Source: Nanobdellota archaeon
Lineage (GTDB): Archaea; Nanobdellota; Nanobdellia; Woesearchaeales; JAGLXL01
Direction of reading: 5' to 3'
Assembly: GCA_042577865.1 (NCBI GenBank)
Contig: JBHPDN010000003.1
Span: 786 to 64,785, forward strand
DNA: 64,000 nt
Below are positions 10,052 to 19,280 of the stretch, piece by piece (position 1 is the stretch's first letter; every line of letters starts with the position of its first letter). A program made the translations under genes and the position numbers. The notes under the pieces are model-generated. The model saw only the letters and a list, made by a program, of their open reading frames with translations, did no database searches and was not told the origin of the DNA.

Positions 10052-11521
10052 ATGAGGTTTGAAGTCAAAGATATGGATATTGCTTCTGGAGGTATTTTTG
10101 TAGTTGTAGTTAACCAAAAAGATGCTGAAAAATTAGATTTACATCATGATGACCGTGTTAAAGTTATGAAAGGCAAAAGAAAGGTAATTGCCAACATCAA
10201 TATTTCTGAAAGTGATAAAGCAGTGCCTGAAGGTAAGGTTGGTTTGTTTGAAGAGGTGTTGGACAATTTGCATGCTAAAGACGGGGACAAAGTTGAAGTT
10301 GACTTGACACCCAAGCCAAAATCAGTGTCTTATATCAAGAAAAAATTGTATGGTAATGAATTAAGTTATAAAGAATTGTATAGAATTATAGATGATATTG
10401 TTCATGATAGACTGACAGCAATTGAAAAAACTTATTTTGTAGCTGCTGGCTTTGCAGAAGGATTTACAATTAAAGAAATTGTTAGCTTGACTAAAGCGAT
10501 GGTGGAGACGGGCAGTAAGATTAATTTTAGAGGCAGTGCTTATGATAAGCATTCTATTGGAGGAGTGGCCGGCAATAGGACAACTATGTTGGTGGTGCCA
10601 ATTTGCGCAGCTGCTGGTTTGAGATTTCCTAAAACTTCTTCTAGGTCCATTACTTCTCCGGCTGGAACAGCCGACACTATGGAAACCTTATGTAAGGTAG
10701 ATTTGAATATAAAAAAACTAAAGGAAGTTGTTCACAAAACAGGAGCCTGTATAATTTGGGGAGGCGCCTTGAATCTGGCGCCGGCTGATGATAAAATTAT
10801 TCATGTAGAATCTCCTTTGTCTATAGATGCAGAAGGACAATTATTGGCTTCAGTGATGGCCAAGAAAGCTTCAGTTGGCGCTGACCGAGTCTTGATTGAT
10901 ATTCCCAAAGGCAGATCTGCTAAGGTAAGAACACAACAGGAAGCTGTTCATCTCAAAGAGATGTTTGAATTGATTGGCAAGGAGATGGGGATGAAGGTTG
11001 AAGTGATTATCACAGACGGAAACCAGCCGATTGGCAAAGGAATTGGTCCTTTTTTAGAAGCCAGGGATGTCATGTGGATTTTAGAGAATGACAAAAAAGG
11101 ACCAGCTGATTTAAGGGAGAAATCCTTGAAGATGTCTGGTGTTTTATTAGAGATGGCGGGCAAGAAGGATGGATATGTATTGGCCAAGAAAATCTTAGAA
11201 AGCGGCAAGGCACTGAAAAAGATGAAAGAAATCATTAAAGCTCAAGGGGCAGTCAAGAAAGAGTGTGTTTTATGCAAACTTCATCATGATGTCAAGGCCG
11301 GGAAGAGTGGTTTGATTAATGAAATTAATAATGGGGCAATTTCTAAGGTGGCTCGTCTGGCCGGTGCGCCAAGTGACAAAGAAGCAGGTGTTTATTTAGT
11401 CAAGAAAGCCGGACAAAGAGTTAAGAAGGGAGATATTTTGTACACCATCTATGCCAAGAGCAAATTTAAATTAGGCATGGCTAAGAAATTAGATAAAGAA
11501 ATGAAACCTTATTCTATTTAA
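10052..11521 (+). CDS. deoA: AMP phosphorylase (thymidine phosphorylase family with an archaeal N-terminal extension)
   Basis: 489 aa. The MRFEVKDMDIASGG... N-domain is followed by the glycosyltransferase family 3 core (DKHSIGGVAGNRTT, TSPAGTADT). AAAACCTTTTTAAAC promoter-like element at 10011-10025. Confidence 0.75.
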   Translation: MRFEVKDMDIASGGIFVVVVNQKDAEKLDLHHDDRVKVMKGKRKVIANINISESDKAVPEGKVGLFEEVLDNLHAKDGDKVEVDLTPKPKSVSYIKKKLYGNELSYKELYRIIDDIVHDRLTAIEKTYFVAAGFAEGFTIKEIVSLTKAMVETGSKINFRGSAYDKHSIGGVAGNRTTMLVVPICAAAGLRFPKTSSRSITSPAGTADTMETLCKVDLNIKKLKEVVHKTGACIIWGGALNLAPADDKIIHVESPLSIDAEGQLLASVMAKKASVGADRVLIDIPKGRSAKVRTQQEAVHLKEMFELIGKEMGMKVEVIITDGNQPIGKGIGPFLEARDVMWILENDKKGPADLREKSLKMSGVLLEMAGKKDGYVLAKKILESGKALKKMKEIIKAQGAVKKECVLCKLHHDVKAGKSGLINEINNGAISKVARLAGAPSDKEAGVYLVKKAGQRVKKGDILYTIYAKSKFKLGMAKKLDKEMKPYSI

Positions 11522-12248
11522 GAATTTTTCTGGTGATAATTAAAAAACCAGTATGGCCAAGCATTTGGAAGTCCGGCCTGACAACTTTGTTGTTGATAAC
11601 CCATTCTCTTTGGATGTTCTCCAGAGTTTTGATGTAAAAGAATTTTTTTGACTCTTTAATCCGTTCTACAAATTCAGTTACTTGGGTGATGGTTGGTAAG
11701 TAGGCTATTAGGAAAGCACCAGGTTTTAATGATTTTTCAGCGTGTTTGATGACATGCCATGGTTCTGGTAGGTCTAAAGTGATTAAGTCGAGGTTTTTTT
11801 CTGTGATGCCTGTGGTAATGTCTTTGTTTTTGATGGTCAGATTTTTTAATTCTAATCTTTCTTTATTTTCTTTAATGATTTTAACAAAATCTTTTCTGAT
11901 TTCATAAGAATAAACTTTTTTACAAAGGTGAGCCAAGAAGCATGACAAAGATCCGGAGCCTCCTCCTGCATCTAAGACAGTTGATTCTTTATTGATACCG
12001 GTTTCGGCGATGATGGTGCCAATATCCTTGAGTGTAATAATTTGCGGACCGCGCTTGATTTTTTTGAATTTGTCTGTGAAAGAAGGTTCTAAGATGTAAA
12101 ATTCAGCACCTTTGTTGGTTTTAACTAAAATATTTTTTTTCTTTAAATCTGATTTCTTGATAAAACCAAACTGAGTATGAAAGTCCTGATTTAAATCTTT
12201 AACAAAAAACTTTTTGCCGGTTTTGGTTAAAAGGATTTTATTGATCAT
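11514..12248 (-). CDS. trmI: tRNA (adenine-N1)-methyltransferase TrmI/Gcd14 family
   Basis: The GPQIITLKDIG...LDAGGGSGSLS SAM motif and overall layout are typical of the Gcd14/TrmI family. Confidence 0.8.
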   Translation of the reverse strand: MINKILLTKTGKKFFVKDLNQDFHTQFGFIKKSDLKKKNILVKTNKGAEFYILEPSFTDKFKKIKRGPQIITLKDIGTIIAETGINKESTVLDAGGGSGSLSCFLAHLCKKVYSYEIRKDFVKIIKENKERLELKNLTIKNKDITTGITEKNLDLITLDLPEPWHVIKHAEKSLKPGAFLIAYLPTITQVTEFVERIKESKKFFYIKTLENIQREWVINNKVVRPDFQMLGHTGFLIITRKILK

Positions 12249-12798
12249 TTTTTCTTTTGTCTAAAAGTTGGCTTAAGTAGCCTTGTTCGGTGAAGCCTAA
12301 GTGGGTGATATTTAATTCCTTTAAAAAAGTATAGCAAGCTTCAGTGGTTTTATCGATGCCACCTAAATCTTTTTTGGCTTCGATTTCGATGAAATATCCT
12401 AATTCTTCGACATAATCCAAAACCACTTCAAAATCACCACAATCCCAAACTTCTCTGGTTTTGTCAACAGTGGCTATTTCTTTGAAGTTGAGTGATTCTA
12501 AGATTTTTTTGAGAATTTCTGGATCACTAATGTCAATTTCTAATTCTGCAGTATGGGATTTTGATTCATCATCCTTGCGATGACAGTAATGATAGTCAAA
12601 AGAAAACTCCTTGTTATCATTGTTTCTAATTCTGAGGAATTCAACTGGTTTTTCAAGAGCAATGAAATCTCGCTGCGGATGATTAAGATAAGAATCAACT
12701 TGATGGATCTTTTTGATAAACTTTCCTATTTTTTCCAGTTTAGGTCGGACTTCATCAAAATTTTCTAGCTTGACACAGATTTCTATTTCGATATTCAT
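12238..12798 (-). CDS. CYTH-domain protein (class IV adenylate cyclase / triphosphate tunnel metalloenzyme family)
   Basis: N-terminal EIEICVKL (ExExK-type) motif and a ~185 aa beta-barrel-type pattern with acidic/basic alternation. Confidence 0.7.
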   Translation of the reverse strand: MNIEIEICVKLENFDEVRPKLEKIGKFIKKIHQVDSYLNHPQRDFIALEKPVEFLRIRNNDNKEFSFDYHYCHRKDDESKSHTAELEIDISDPEILKKILESLNFKEIATVDKTREVWDCGDFEVVLDYVEELGYFIEIEAKKDLGGIDKTTEACYTFLKELNITHLGFTEQGYLSQLLDKRKNDQ

Positions 12799-12810
12799 TT
12801 TGGAAAAAAA

Positions 12811-12884
12811 AGCAGGAGATGGGATTCGAACCCATGAATAAGCGGGTTGCAGCCGCTCCCCTTAGGCCACTTGGGCACCCCTGC
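12811..12884 (-). tRNA. tRNA-Cys (anticodon GCA), no intron
   Basis: Cloverleaf on the reverse complement: acceptor GCAGGGG/CTCCTGC, anticodon arm AGCGG-CTGCAAC-CCGCT, T arm ATGGG-TTCGAAT-CCCAT. Confidence 0.85.
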
Positions 12885-12891
12885 ATAAAAA

Positions 12892-13048
12892 CGGACCCGA
12901 GGGGACTTTCGAACAAAGGTTTTACAACCAAAAGGTCAACCACGTGGTTCTTTACAGCTAACCCTATTTGTTTTCGAACCCCCGATCTACAGCTGTCTTA
13001 GCCAAAGCTTAGAAGGCTGTCGCCTTATCCAGACTAGGCTACGGGTCC
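12892..13048 (-). tRNA. tRNA-Arg (anticodon UCU) with two insertions: ~15 nt at 37/38 (about 12995-13009) and ~67 nt inside the T-loop (about 12906-12972)
   Basis: Exonic parts give a full cloverleaf: GGACCCG/CGGGTCC acceptor, GCCT-AGTCTGGATA-AGGC D arm, ACAGC-CTTCTA[..]A-GCTGT, GGGGG-TTCGAA[..]T-CCCCT. 157 nt total, about 75 nt without the insertions. Confidence 0.65.
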
Positions 13049-13074
13049 TTAGGGAGAAAAAATTGGATGAGAGT

Positions 13075-13398
13075 TTAAATATGTTTTGGTAAATTATCCA
13101 ATAGAGCCTGTATAACCCGACGTTGAGTTCCTTTTTGATACATTAAATGAATGCCTTCTTTGACAATTCTGGCCAAGTTTTCTGGATTATCAACATCAGG
13201 TTGGATTAAATCTTTTAGTTCCCAGACACAGCCATCATTTTTTGGCTCACCTTTTTTTCTGGGTTTGAAGGAAAAGTTGTTTAATTCGCTTATAAGAATT
13301 TGATAATTTTCTTGAGAATAACTTTGAGTTAGAGAATAAATAACCGAAGCAAGAAAACGGCCGTACTTATTGCCTCTTGATTCTTTCATCAAAAACAT
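13075..13398 (-). CDS. Hypothetical protein (107 aa)
   Basis: Intact ORF in an otherwise empty gap. No motif recognised. Confidence 0.45.
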   Translation of the reverse strand: MFLMKESRGNKYGRFLASVIYSLTQSYSQENYQILISELNNFSFKPRKKGEPKNDGCVWELKDLIQPDVDNPENLARIVKEGIHLMYQKGTQRRVIQALLDNLPKHI

Positions 13399-13432
13399 TA
13401 GTAAGGAGAACTAGTTAATAATTTTATTGGTA

Positions 13433-14512
13433 CTAAGGCAGCCATGATTTAGGGTTCTTTAATTTCTGAGGCAGGTATTTTTCAATAACGTAGTTAAGAC
13501 CCCATTTAGCAAGGGCCTGCTGTTCTGCCCTGACTTTCATCTTATACATTTGTTTTAGGGCTTTTTGCCATTCTTTGTGGTGCTGGATAAACGGATCGTT
13601 TTTGACAAGATCTTTTATTTTTTTGATGTCAACTTCTTTTAACGGATGGGTGGGAAGTTTGTAGTCAACAATATCTTGCGGAGTAACTCCAATAAACTTG
13701 GCTCTAGGTACACAAAAGAATTCATTGATGTGGGCAGCATTACCTGAACCAACTTTCAAAGTTCTGTAAATACTGCCAAATCCATAAGGGTCACCGTCAG
13801 TAAAGACATAGACAGGTATTTTTTTGGCATCTGATAAACGTCTGATAAACCTTCGACAAGCCCTAGTAGGAACTCCTCCCATGGAAATTAAAATACAATT
13901 AGCTTTTTTCCAATATTGGTGTTTAACCAGACGCTGAAACATACCGGCGGTTTCAATAGCCAAGATGAATTTAGCATTGGTCTCAAATTTAAGATGTTCA
14001 ACTGAACTAGGAATAGAATAAGCACCGCTGCCAAATTTAGTGCAATCAATTTTAAGTTGTTTTTTAGTTTCCGGGTCTTTATCAATAACAATTAATTTTC
14101 CAGCAATGTCGCCGCCTTTTTCTTCTGGAATGAATCCCAATTGTTCTCTGTTGACCAACATCATAGCTTCAACATCATCCATAACACTATCTGATTCTGG
14201 CTGCTCTTTGAAACGAGCTTCGCCCCAGTTTTTAGAAACATAATAAGCCTCTCTTTTAGTGGCAATATCGTCTTTTTCAATCACATCCTTGGAAAAGGCC
14301 ATCATCTTAAGAGTCTGAGCAAAGGTCTTGACAGTGGAAGCAGTAAGGGTTCTTTCTTTCATCTTACCCAGGAGTTCAAAATAACCATCTTTAGGATCGT
14401 ATCTAACATTAGATAAACTACGCAAAGGCATCTTAAGTTCTGGCTGCTTTTTCTTTAAGATAGATTTGTAAACCTTTTCTGCAATTTCCTTAATTTTATC
14501 TGAGACTTTCAT
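13433..14512 (-). CDS. top6A: DNA topoisomerase VI subunit A (Spo11 family)
   Basis: Toprim/Spo11 layout (REAYYVSK... with the catalytic Tyr region, [20 protein letters not shown]). 4-nt overlap with top6B. Confidence 0.95.
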   Translation of the reverse strand: MKVSDKIKEIAEKVYKSILKKKQPELKMPLRSLSNVRYDPKDGYFELLGKMKERTLTASTVKTFAQTLKMMAFSKDVIEKDDIATKREAYYVSKNWGEARFKEQPESDSVMDDVEAMMLVNREQLGFIPEEKGGDIAGKLIVIDKDPETKKQLKIDCTKFGSGAYSIPSSVEHLKFETNAKFILAIETAGMFQRLVKHQYWKKANCILISMGGVPTRACRRFIRRLSDAKKIPVYVFTDGDPYGFGSIYRTLKVGSGNAAHINEFFCVPRAKFIGVTPQDIVDYKLPTHPLKEVDIKKIKDLVKNDPFIQHHKEWQKALKQMYKMKVRAEQQALAKWGLNYVIEKYLPQKLKNPKSWLP

Positions 14513-16167
14513 TCTTTATCCAAGGTTTTTTGAGTTTCTTTTTTTGATTTGGGCTCTTCTTGGCCAATTTTAGCTATTTCTTCGTCGTAATCGGGATTAT
14601 CAATTTCAATTTTTTCCAATTTGCCTCGATTTTTTTCCAAAATCTGGAAAAGCAAGGCTTCAACTTTTTCTTTATCTTTGATTTGGATAAGTTCTTTTAA
14701 AGCTTCTGAAATGTAGGGAATATAAGTTTCAATATAAGAACGTTTTTTGGATTCGGCATGAATTCTTCTTTTTTTATTAACAAACAAACCAAGTTTTCTA
14801 CCACATTCTCTAACAGCCAATTTAATATCTTTGATAATTTCCGGATAGTGAGCAATAGCTTCTTTGGATTCTGAAGTAAAAGGCACCCAGACAGAAGCAA
14901 TATGGACTACTAAAGTTATGGGACCAACAGGTAGGGAGCGTTTTGACTGAGATAAACCATAGGGATTCCAGGCAATCTGCTGGACAGCTTGAGTGATAGC
15001 ACAAGCACCAGGCTGGTAGATTAAAGGTACTCGATTAGCATACCTTAACAAACGCATAGTCTTATCTTTTTCTTGCTCTCCACCATAAGCAAGACCAACC
15101 TCAACAAGGAAAGGGTTACCCCGATAGACAGAAGGAGGCCTGGTAACAGAAGTATAAAATTCAGCATTAATTTCTTTTCGCAAACTTTTTTCCAATAACT
15201 CTGCGCCAATAGGTGACAAACAATTGGTCGGCGGCGAAATAATTTTGGTTTCTTGGACACCTTTGAAAAGTTGTTCAGCCATATCCCTGGAAATAGTTTT
15301 GGGTCGGGCATTAGGAAGGAGTTTAGCATTCTGACAAATTTCTTTGGCAGTTCCTGGTCCGACACGAGAGAAATCTTGCTGTAAAAAGGCCTGTAAAGTT
15401 CTGGCCTTAGTAATTTGAAGCATTTTAATGAGCATACCAAGTTCAACACCGTAAGGGTGTGGTTTTATTTCTTTAGCTTCAACCGGCAACTCTTCTGTAG
15501 CTCTGGCAAAAATGATTTGTTCGGCTAAAGGATTGGTGTAAATAATTGTGGTATGAGGATTAGTAATGGCAGTTTGTTTGATGTATTCATCAACTGACTG
15601 TTTGCCTTTAAAAAAAGAACCTTCGAGTTCCATTTCTATTTTGACACCATGGTTTTTGTTAGGCCAATCAATTTCATCATCTTTGACTACTTTTGGATCA
15701 TTGGTCTGAGTATTAATTTTAAGAGTGAACTGATGGGCTTTTTTATTAGGGTCTGTTTTGGAGGTGATAATGGTTGGTTTACCTGTAGTGAGTTGAGCAT
15801 AAAGAACTGCAGCGCTGATTCCAATTCCTTGCTGACCCCTAGATTGGGAAAGTTTATGGAACTTAGAGCCGTAAAGAAGTTTGGCAAAAATTTTAGGAAT
15901 TTGGGCCTTAACAATGCCAGGGCCGTTGTCTTCAATAATTATTTTGAAACGAGTTTCTGAAAGCTGGATAATTTCAACATTGATTTCAGGAAGGATGTGA
16001 GCCTCTTCAGCGGCATCCAGAGAATTGTCAACTGCCTCTTTGATAGTAGTTAAGAGTGATTTTCTGGGGTTGTCAAAACCCAGTAAGTGTCTGTTTTTTT
16101 CAAAGAATTCAGCAACAGAAATTTCTCTTTGTTTTTTGGCTAATTCCTTAGCATGGACTTTAGGCAT
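14509..16167 (-). CDS. top6B: DNA topoisomerase VI subunit B (GHKL ATPase)
   Basis: Bergerat-fold motifs ([21 protein letters not shown]) and a transducer domain. Confidence 0.95.
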   Translation of the reverse strand: MPKVHAKELAKKQREISVAEFFEKNRHLLGFDNPRKSLLTTIKEAVDNSLDAAEEAHILPEINVEIIQLSETRFKIIIEDNGPGIVKAQIPKIFAKLLYGSKFHKLSQSRGQQGIGISAAVLYAQLTTGKPTIITSKTDPNKKAHQFTLKINTQTNDPKVVKDDEIDWPNKNHGVKIEMELEGSFFKGKQSVDEYIKQTAITNPHTTIIYTNPLAEQIIFARATEELPVEAKEIKPHPYGVELGMLIKMLQITKARTLQAFLQQDFSRVGPGTAKEICQNAKLLPNARPKTISRDMAEQLFKGVQETKIISPPTNCLSPIGAELLEKSLRKEINAEFYTSVTRPPSVYRGNPFLVEVGLAYGGEQEKDKTMRLLRYANRVPLIYQPGACAITQAVQQIAWNPYGLSQSKRSLPVGPITLVVHIASVWVPFTSESKEAIAHYPEIIKDIKLAVRECGRKLGLFVNKKRRIHAESKKRSYIETYIPYISEALKELIQIKDKEKVEALLFQILEKNRGKLEKIEIDNPDYDEEIAKIGQEEPKSKKETQKTLDKE

Positions 16168-16215
16168 GGTTTTTGAAAAAAATGTTTGGTTTATAAAGTT
16201 TTGGTTTAGTTATTT

Positions 16216-16749
16216 TTACTGCTGCAAGTGTCTTTCCCTTCTTTTTCTTTCTAAAAATTGGAAAACTGAAGTATGAGTTGATCCTTGCAAAAGATTTTCA
16301 ACGGCTTTTCTGGCATTAGGAACATCTTCAACACGGCCGATGATAGCGACAGTTTTACCATAGACTGAAATCTGGGTTTCTGTCAGGGTTTCGATTTCCC
16401 TTTTGGATTTACCTTCTCTGCCGATAACACGGCCTTTGAGACGGATCAAAGTGTTTTTGGATTTGCCGGCAAATTCACGCATATCAACAACTTCTAAAAT
16501 ATAATCTGTTTTGAGCAAAATCATGGCAGTTTCAGGGTTGAAACCACGGGCAATGGCTTTGATTATTTCCTTAGCATCATAAAGTTTTAGTCCGTCATCA
16601 GCGATAATGGTGACATCTCCTTCCTGAGAATCAATCTGAAGCTTAGTATTGGTAACATCTTCTATTTTTTTCTTGATGTCTCCATCTGTACCAATAAGGA
16701 CACCGATACGTTCTTTGTTGATTTTAAGACTATAGGAAAATTCTTTCAT
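16216..16749 (-). CDS. KH-domain RNA-binding protein (Dim2/Pno1-like)
   Basis: Two KH-type GxxG segments (IGTDGDIKKKIE; IGREGKSKREIE). It forms the conserved archaeal pair with the RIO kinase (4-nt overlap). Confidence 0.8.
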   Translation of the reverse strand: MKEFSYSLKINKERIGVLIGTDGDIKKKIEDVTNTKLQIDSQEGDVTIIADDGLKLYDAKEIIKAIARGFNPETAMILLKTDYILEVVDMREFAGKSKNTLIRLKGRVIGREGKSKREIETLTETQISVYGKTVAIIGRVEDVPNARKAVENLLQGSTHTSVFQFLERKRRERHLQQ

Positions 16750-17438
16750 TTTTGGATTTTTTTAAGGGTAGTTTCATAACTTGTTTTTAAACCTTTTTTA
16801 TTGAAGAACTGGCAAATAGCTTTTAGATCACGCTCAAGCAATTCCTGAAAACGAGAATTTTTTTTAGGAGTGGTGTGGGAAAAATCAATAAAAACTGGTT
16901 TTTCTTTGTAATTAAGAATATTGAAGGCAGAAAGATCTCCATGAACTAAATTGTGTTTATGAAGTTTTTTCATGTTGATGATAATTTCATCAAAGAATTT
17001 TTTTGGATTTTTTGGATACTGGTCTTTTAATTTGGGTGCTGGAGTTTTATCCCCAATGAATTCTTCGATAAGAATATTATTTTTGAAAACCAAGGGGGTG
17101 GGTGCAGGAACACCGGCTTCCCTGACATTAAGCAGATTTCGATATTCTCTTTGACACCAAGCAAAAACAATCTTGCGTCTTTGTTTTTTTAATCCTAAAA
17201 AGCGAGGATCTGTCCGGATATATTCATACATACGGTTAAAATCAGCTGTTTCCAAACGAAAAATCTTGATAATGACACGTTTTTTATCAGTTAAAGCAGT
17301 AAAAACATGACTTTCTTTGCCAATAGATATAGGGCTTTCTACTCCTTCAAAATAACCTTTAGTAGAGAGTTCAAATAAAGTACGATTGGTGAAGTTATCA
17401 AAAACTCCTTCAAAGGTTTTGAATTTTTCTTTAGCCAT
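16746..17438 (-). CDS. rio1: RIO-type serine protein kinase
   Basis: Motifs ISIGKESHVF, VIIKIFR, LVHGDLSAFNIL, IDFSH. Start set at MAKEKF (ATG 17438), which lies ~25-35 nt downstream of AAACCTTTATATACT on the minus strand. Confidence 0.9.
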   Translation of the reverse strand: MAKEKFKTFEGVFDNFTNRTLFELSTKGYFEGVESPISIGKESHVFTALTDKKRVIIKIFRLETADFNRMYEYIRTDPRFLGLKKQRRKIVFAWCQREYRNLLNVREAGVPAPTPLVFKNNILIEEFIGDKTPAPKLKDQYPKNPKKFFDEIIINMKKLHKHNLVHGDLSAFNILNYKEKPVFIDFSHTTPKKNSRFQELLERDLKAICQFFNKKGLKTSYETTLKKIQK

Positions 17439-17460
17439 ATTTATCTTTAAAAAAGCTGAG

Positions 17461-17475
17461 TATATAAAGGTTTTT
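17461..17475 (-). promoter_or_regulatory. BRE/TATA-type promoter of the RIO kinase operon (AAACCTTTATATACT)
   Basis: AT-rich TATA element preceded by AAACC, about 25-35 nt upstream of the ATG at 17438. Confidence 0.6.
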
Positions 17476-17509
17476 AGGGTCATTCACTCTTGAAAAGTAG
17501 TAAATACCG

Positions 17510-17524
17510 AAACCTTTATATACT
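17510..17524 (+). promoter_or_regulatory. Second, divergent copy of the same 15-nt promoter element (AAACCTTTATATACT) with no CDS behind it
   Basis: Identical over 15 nt to the minus-strand element at 17461-17475. The nearest plus-strand CDS (dnaG) is almost 500 nt away. Confidence 0.5.
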
Positions 17525-17544
17525 AGTCCTACCAACCAGTAGTT

Positions 17545-17690
17545 AAATCATTTAAACACCTCCGATTTGCCTCAGTGGATCACGTTTGCTGGGGTTAAAT
17601 CACCTTTATATTCAATCACCTCTTTTTCCCCAGCGAGAGGGTTTCGGCCCTCTTGCTAGGGTTTATAATCATTCAAAAAATCTAATTTTT
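17545..17690 (+). ncRNA. Candidate unclassified structured RNA 1
   Basis: It begins ~23 nt after the 17510-17524 TATA element. Hairpins at 17569-17595 (GCCTCAG/CTGGGGT) and 17629-17661 (13 bp, GC-rich), whose G-U pairs only work on the plus strand. TTTTT run at 17686-17690. Confidence 0.3.
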
Positions 17691-17772
17691 GTACATATTG
17701 AAAAGAATTGATTTCTCGTCTATAATTGTTAAAAGACAAGATTTATATATGAGTGGTGCTTAGAGCATTTAT

Positions 17773-17844
17773 AGCCCGTGGCGAGAGTACCCAATGGAGT
17801 TCACGCTAAATGCAAGCAATGAGCTTGGGCGTTAGTTTCGGGCT
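17773..17844 (+). ncRNA. Candidate unclassified structured RNA 2 (72-nt irregular hairpin)
   Basis: ATTTATATAT at 17741-17750 lies 22 nt upstream. A terminal AGCCCG/CGGGCT stem encloses further helices (GGCG/CGTT, CCCAA/TTGGG, GTTCA/TGAGC, GCT/AGC). It does not fold as a tRNA. Confidence 0.3.
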
Positions 17845-18007
17845 TCAAAATCATATTTACTAAAAATAAACAACAAAGCAGAACAAGTTTATTATCACAC
17901 TCAGTTCAATTAATTTCACTTTAAGAGTAAGGTAATGGTATTAAGTCATAGTAAAGATTACATAGACTAAATTTAGCTTGTTCTACTTGTACAATGGGGG
18001 GATTCAA

Positions 18008-19225
18008 ATGGGTAAAATTAGCCCAGTATCTGCAAAATATATTGTTCACGCTAGTATCAATATCGAGGGAGTGGTTGACAGACCTGATGTAATTGGAGCT
18101 ATTTTCGGTCAAACCGAAGGTTTGTTAGGCTCTGATTTAGAACTAAGAGAATTGCAAAGAAGCGGAAGGATTGGCAGAATTGAAGTCAATGTCAATACTA
18201 GTTCTGGAAAAACTCGGGGAGAAATTACAATTCCAAGTTCATTGGATAAAGCAGAAACAGCCATAGTTGGCGCTGCTTTAGAAGTTATCCAAAGGATTGG
18301 TCCATGCAACGCTAAGCTTGAAGTCGGCAAAATCGAAGATGTTAGGGTTTCTAAAAGGCATTTTGTCATTGAAAGAGCTAAGAAGTTACTGAAGGATTTG
18401 ACAGAAAAATCACTGCCAGATTCTCAAGAATTAGCTGATGAAGTGGCTCAATCTGTCAGAGTAATGGAAATTCAAGAATTCGGCAGGGAAAGACTTCCAG
18501 CCGGTCCAAATGTTGAAGATTCTGATGATGTCTTAGTAGTTGAAGGACGAGCTGATGTTCTTAATCTTTTAAAACACGGAATCAAGAACGCCATTGCTTT
18601 AAACGGAACTTCTGTACCTCAATCAATAATTGAGTTAAGCAAGAAAAAGATCTTAACAGCATTTGTTGATGGTGACAGGGGCGGCGATTTGATTATCAAA
18701 GAATTACTCGGCGTGGCTGAAATTGATTTTGTCTGCAAAGCACCTGATGGAAAGGAAGTTGAAGAAATAACTAAAAAAGAAATCCACAAGGCTTTGAGAG
18801 GAAAAATTGCAGCTGAACAAGCCAAGATGGACCTAAACACAGAAAGGAGATCAACTCATGACTACAAAAGAAGAGCTCCAGTCTTCAAAAAAGTTGAAGC
18901 ACGCAGACCAACTACCAGTGGGATAATCCTTAAAGAAGGAGAAAAAGAAAAATTCAGAAATGCTTTGGATGATCTGACAGGTACAAGAGGAGCTTATATT
19001 TTGGATGACGGCTTAAATGTTCTGGGTAAAGTTCCAACAACTGAACTGAATGCCACAATCAAAAATGTAGGTCAGGGAGTTTATGCCATTGTTTTGGACG
19101 GTCCGGTTGACAAAGAACTGATTAGAACAGCAGAAAAAGGTAATGTTCGCCATGTAGTTGGAATGGATTCCAAAATCAAGCCGGAAGAAACCAGAATAAA
19201 CATTGTCACTGAAGAAAATCTTTAA
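18008..19225 (+). CDS. dnaG: Archaeal DnaG-type primase (Toprim; exosome-associated family)
   Basis: MGKISPVSAKYIVHASINIEGVVDRPDVIGAIFGQTEGLLG is the typical archaeal DnaG N-terminus. Toprim motifs VVEGRADV and DGDRGGD. GGGGGGA Shine-Dalgarno-like run 6 nt before ATG 18008. Confidence 0.9.
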   Translation: MGKISPVSAKYIVHASINIEGVVDRPDVIGAIFGQTEGLLGSDLELRELQRSGRIGRIEVNVNTSSGKTRGEITIPSSLDKAETAIVGAALEVIQRIGPCNAKLEVGKIEDVRVSKRHFVIERAKKLLKDLTEKSLPDSQELADEVAQSVRVMEIQEFGRERLPAGPNVEDSDDVLVVEGRADVLNLLKHGIKNAIALNGTSVPQSIIELSKKKILTAFVDGDRGGDLIIKELLGVAEIDFVCKAPDGKEVEEITKKEIHKALRGKIAAEQAKMDLNTERRSTHDYKRRAPVFKKVEARRPTTSGIILKEGEKEKFRNALDDLTGTRGAYILDDGLNVLGKVPTTELNATIKNVGQGVYAIVLDGPVDKELIRTAEKGNVRHVVGMDSKIKPEETRINIVTEENL

Positions 19226-19280
19226 TTCTTTTCTTTTTTTTAACATAAAATTTTTAAACTGTTAGAGATTAGTGAAAACT

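Noticed and set aside
12755-13001. ORF-track entries 12755..12943 (-) and 12819..13001 (+)
   Set aside because: They lie entirely over tRNA-Cys and the intron-containing tRNA-Arg. Their composition (GC-rich tRNA stems) explains the open frames.
17773-17844. A 72-nt tRNA or permuted/split tRNA half
   Set aside because: Apart from a 6-bp terminal stem, no D arm, anticodon arm or GTTCRA T-loop with a complementary stem can be drawn.
17741-17860. Possible 5S rRNA (GCGAGAGTA and CCCGAAACTAACGCCC resemble 5S segments)
   Set aside because: There is no helix I pairing of the ends, the flanks are AT-rich and unlike 5S, and the length and order of the segments are wrong on either strand.
17484-18007. 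Replication origin hypothesis (long AT-rich gap near replication genes, CTCAGTGGA resembling an ORB half-site)
   Set aside because: Only one ORB-like string is present, with no repeated or inverted ORB boxes flanking an unwinding element and no adjacent orc1/cdc6. The evidence is insufficient.
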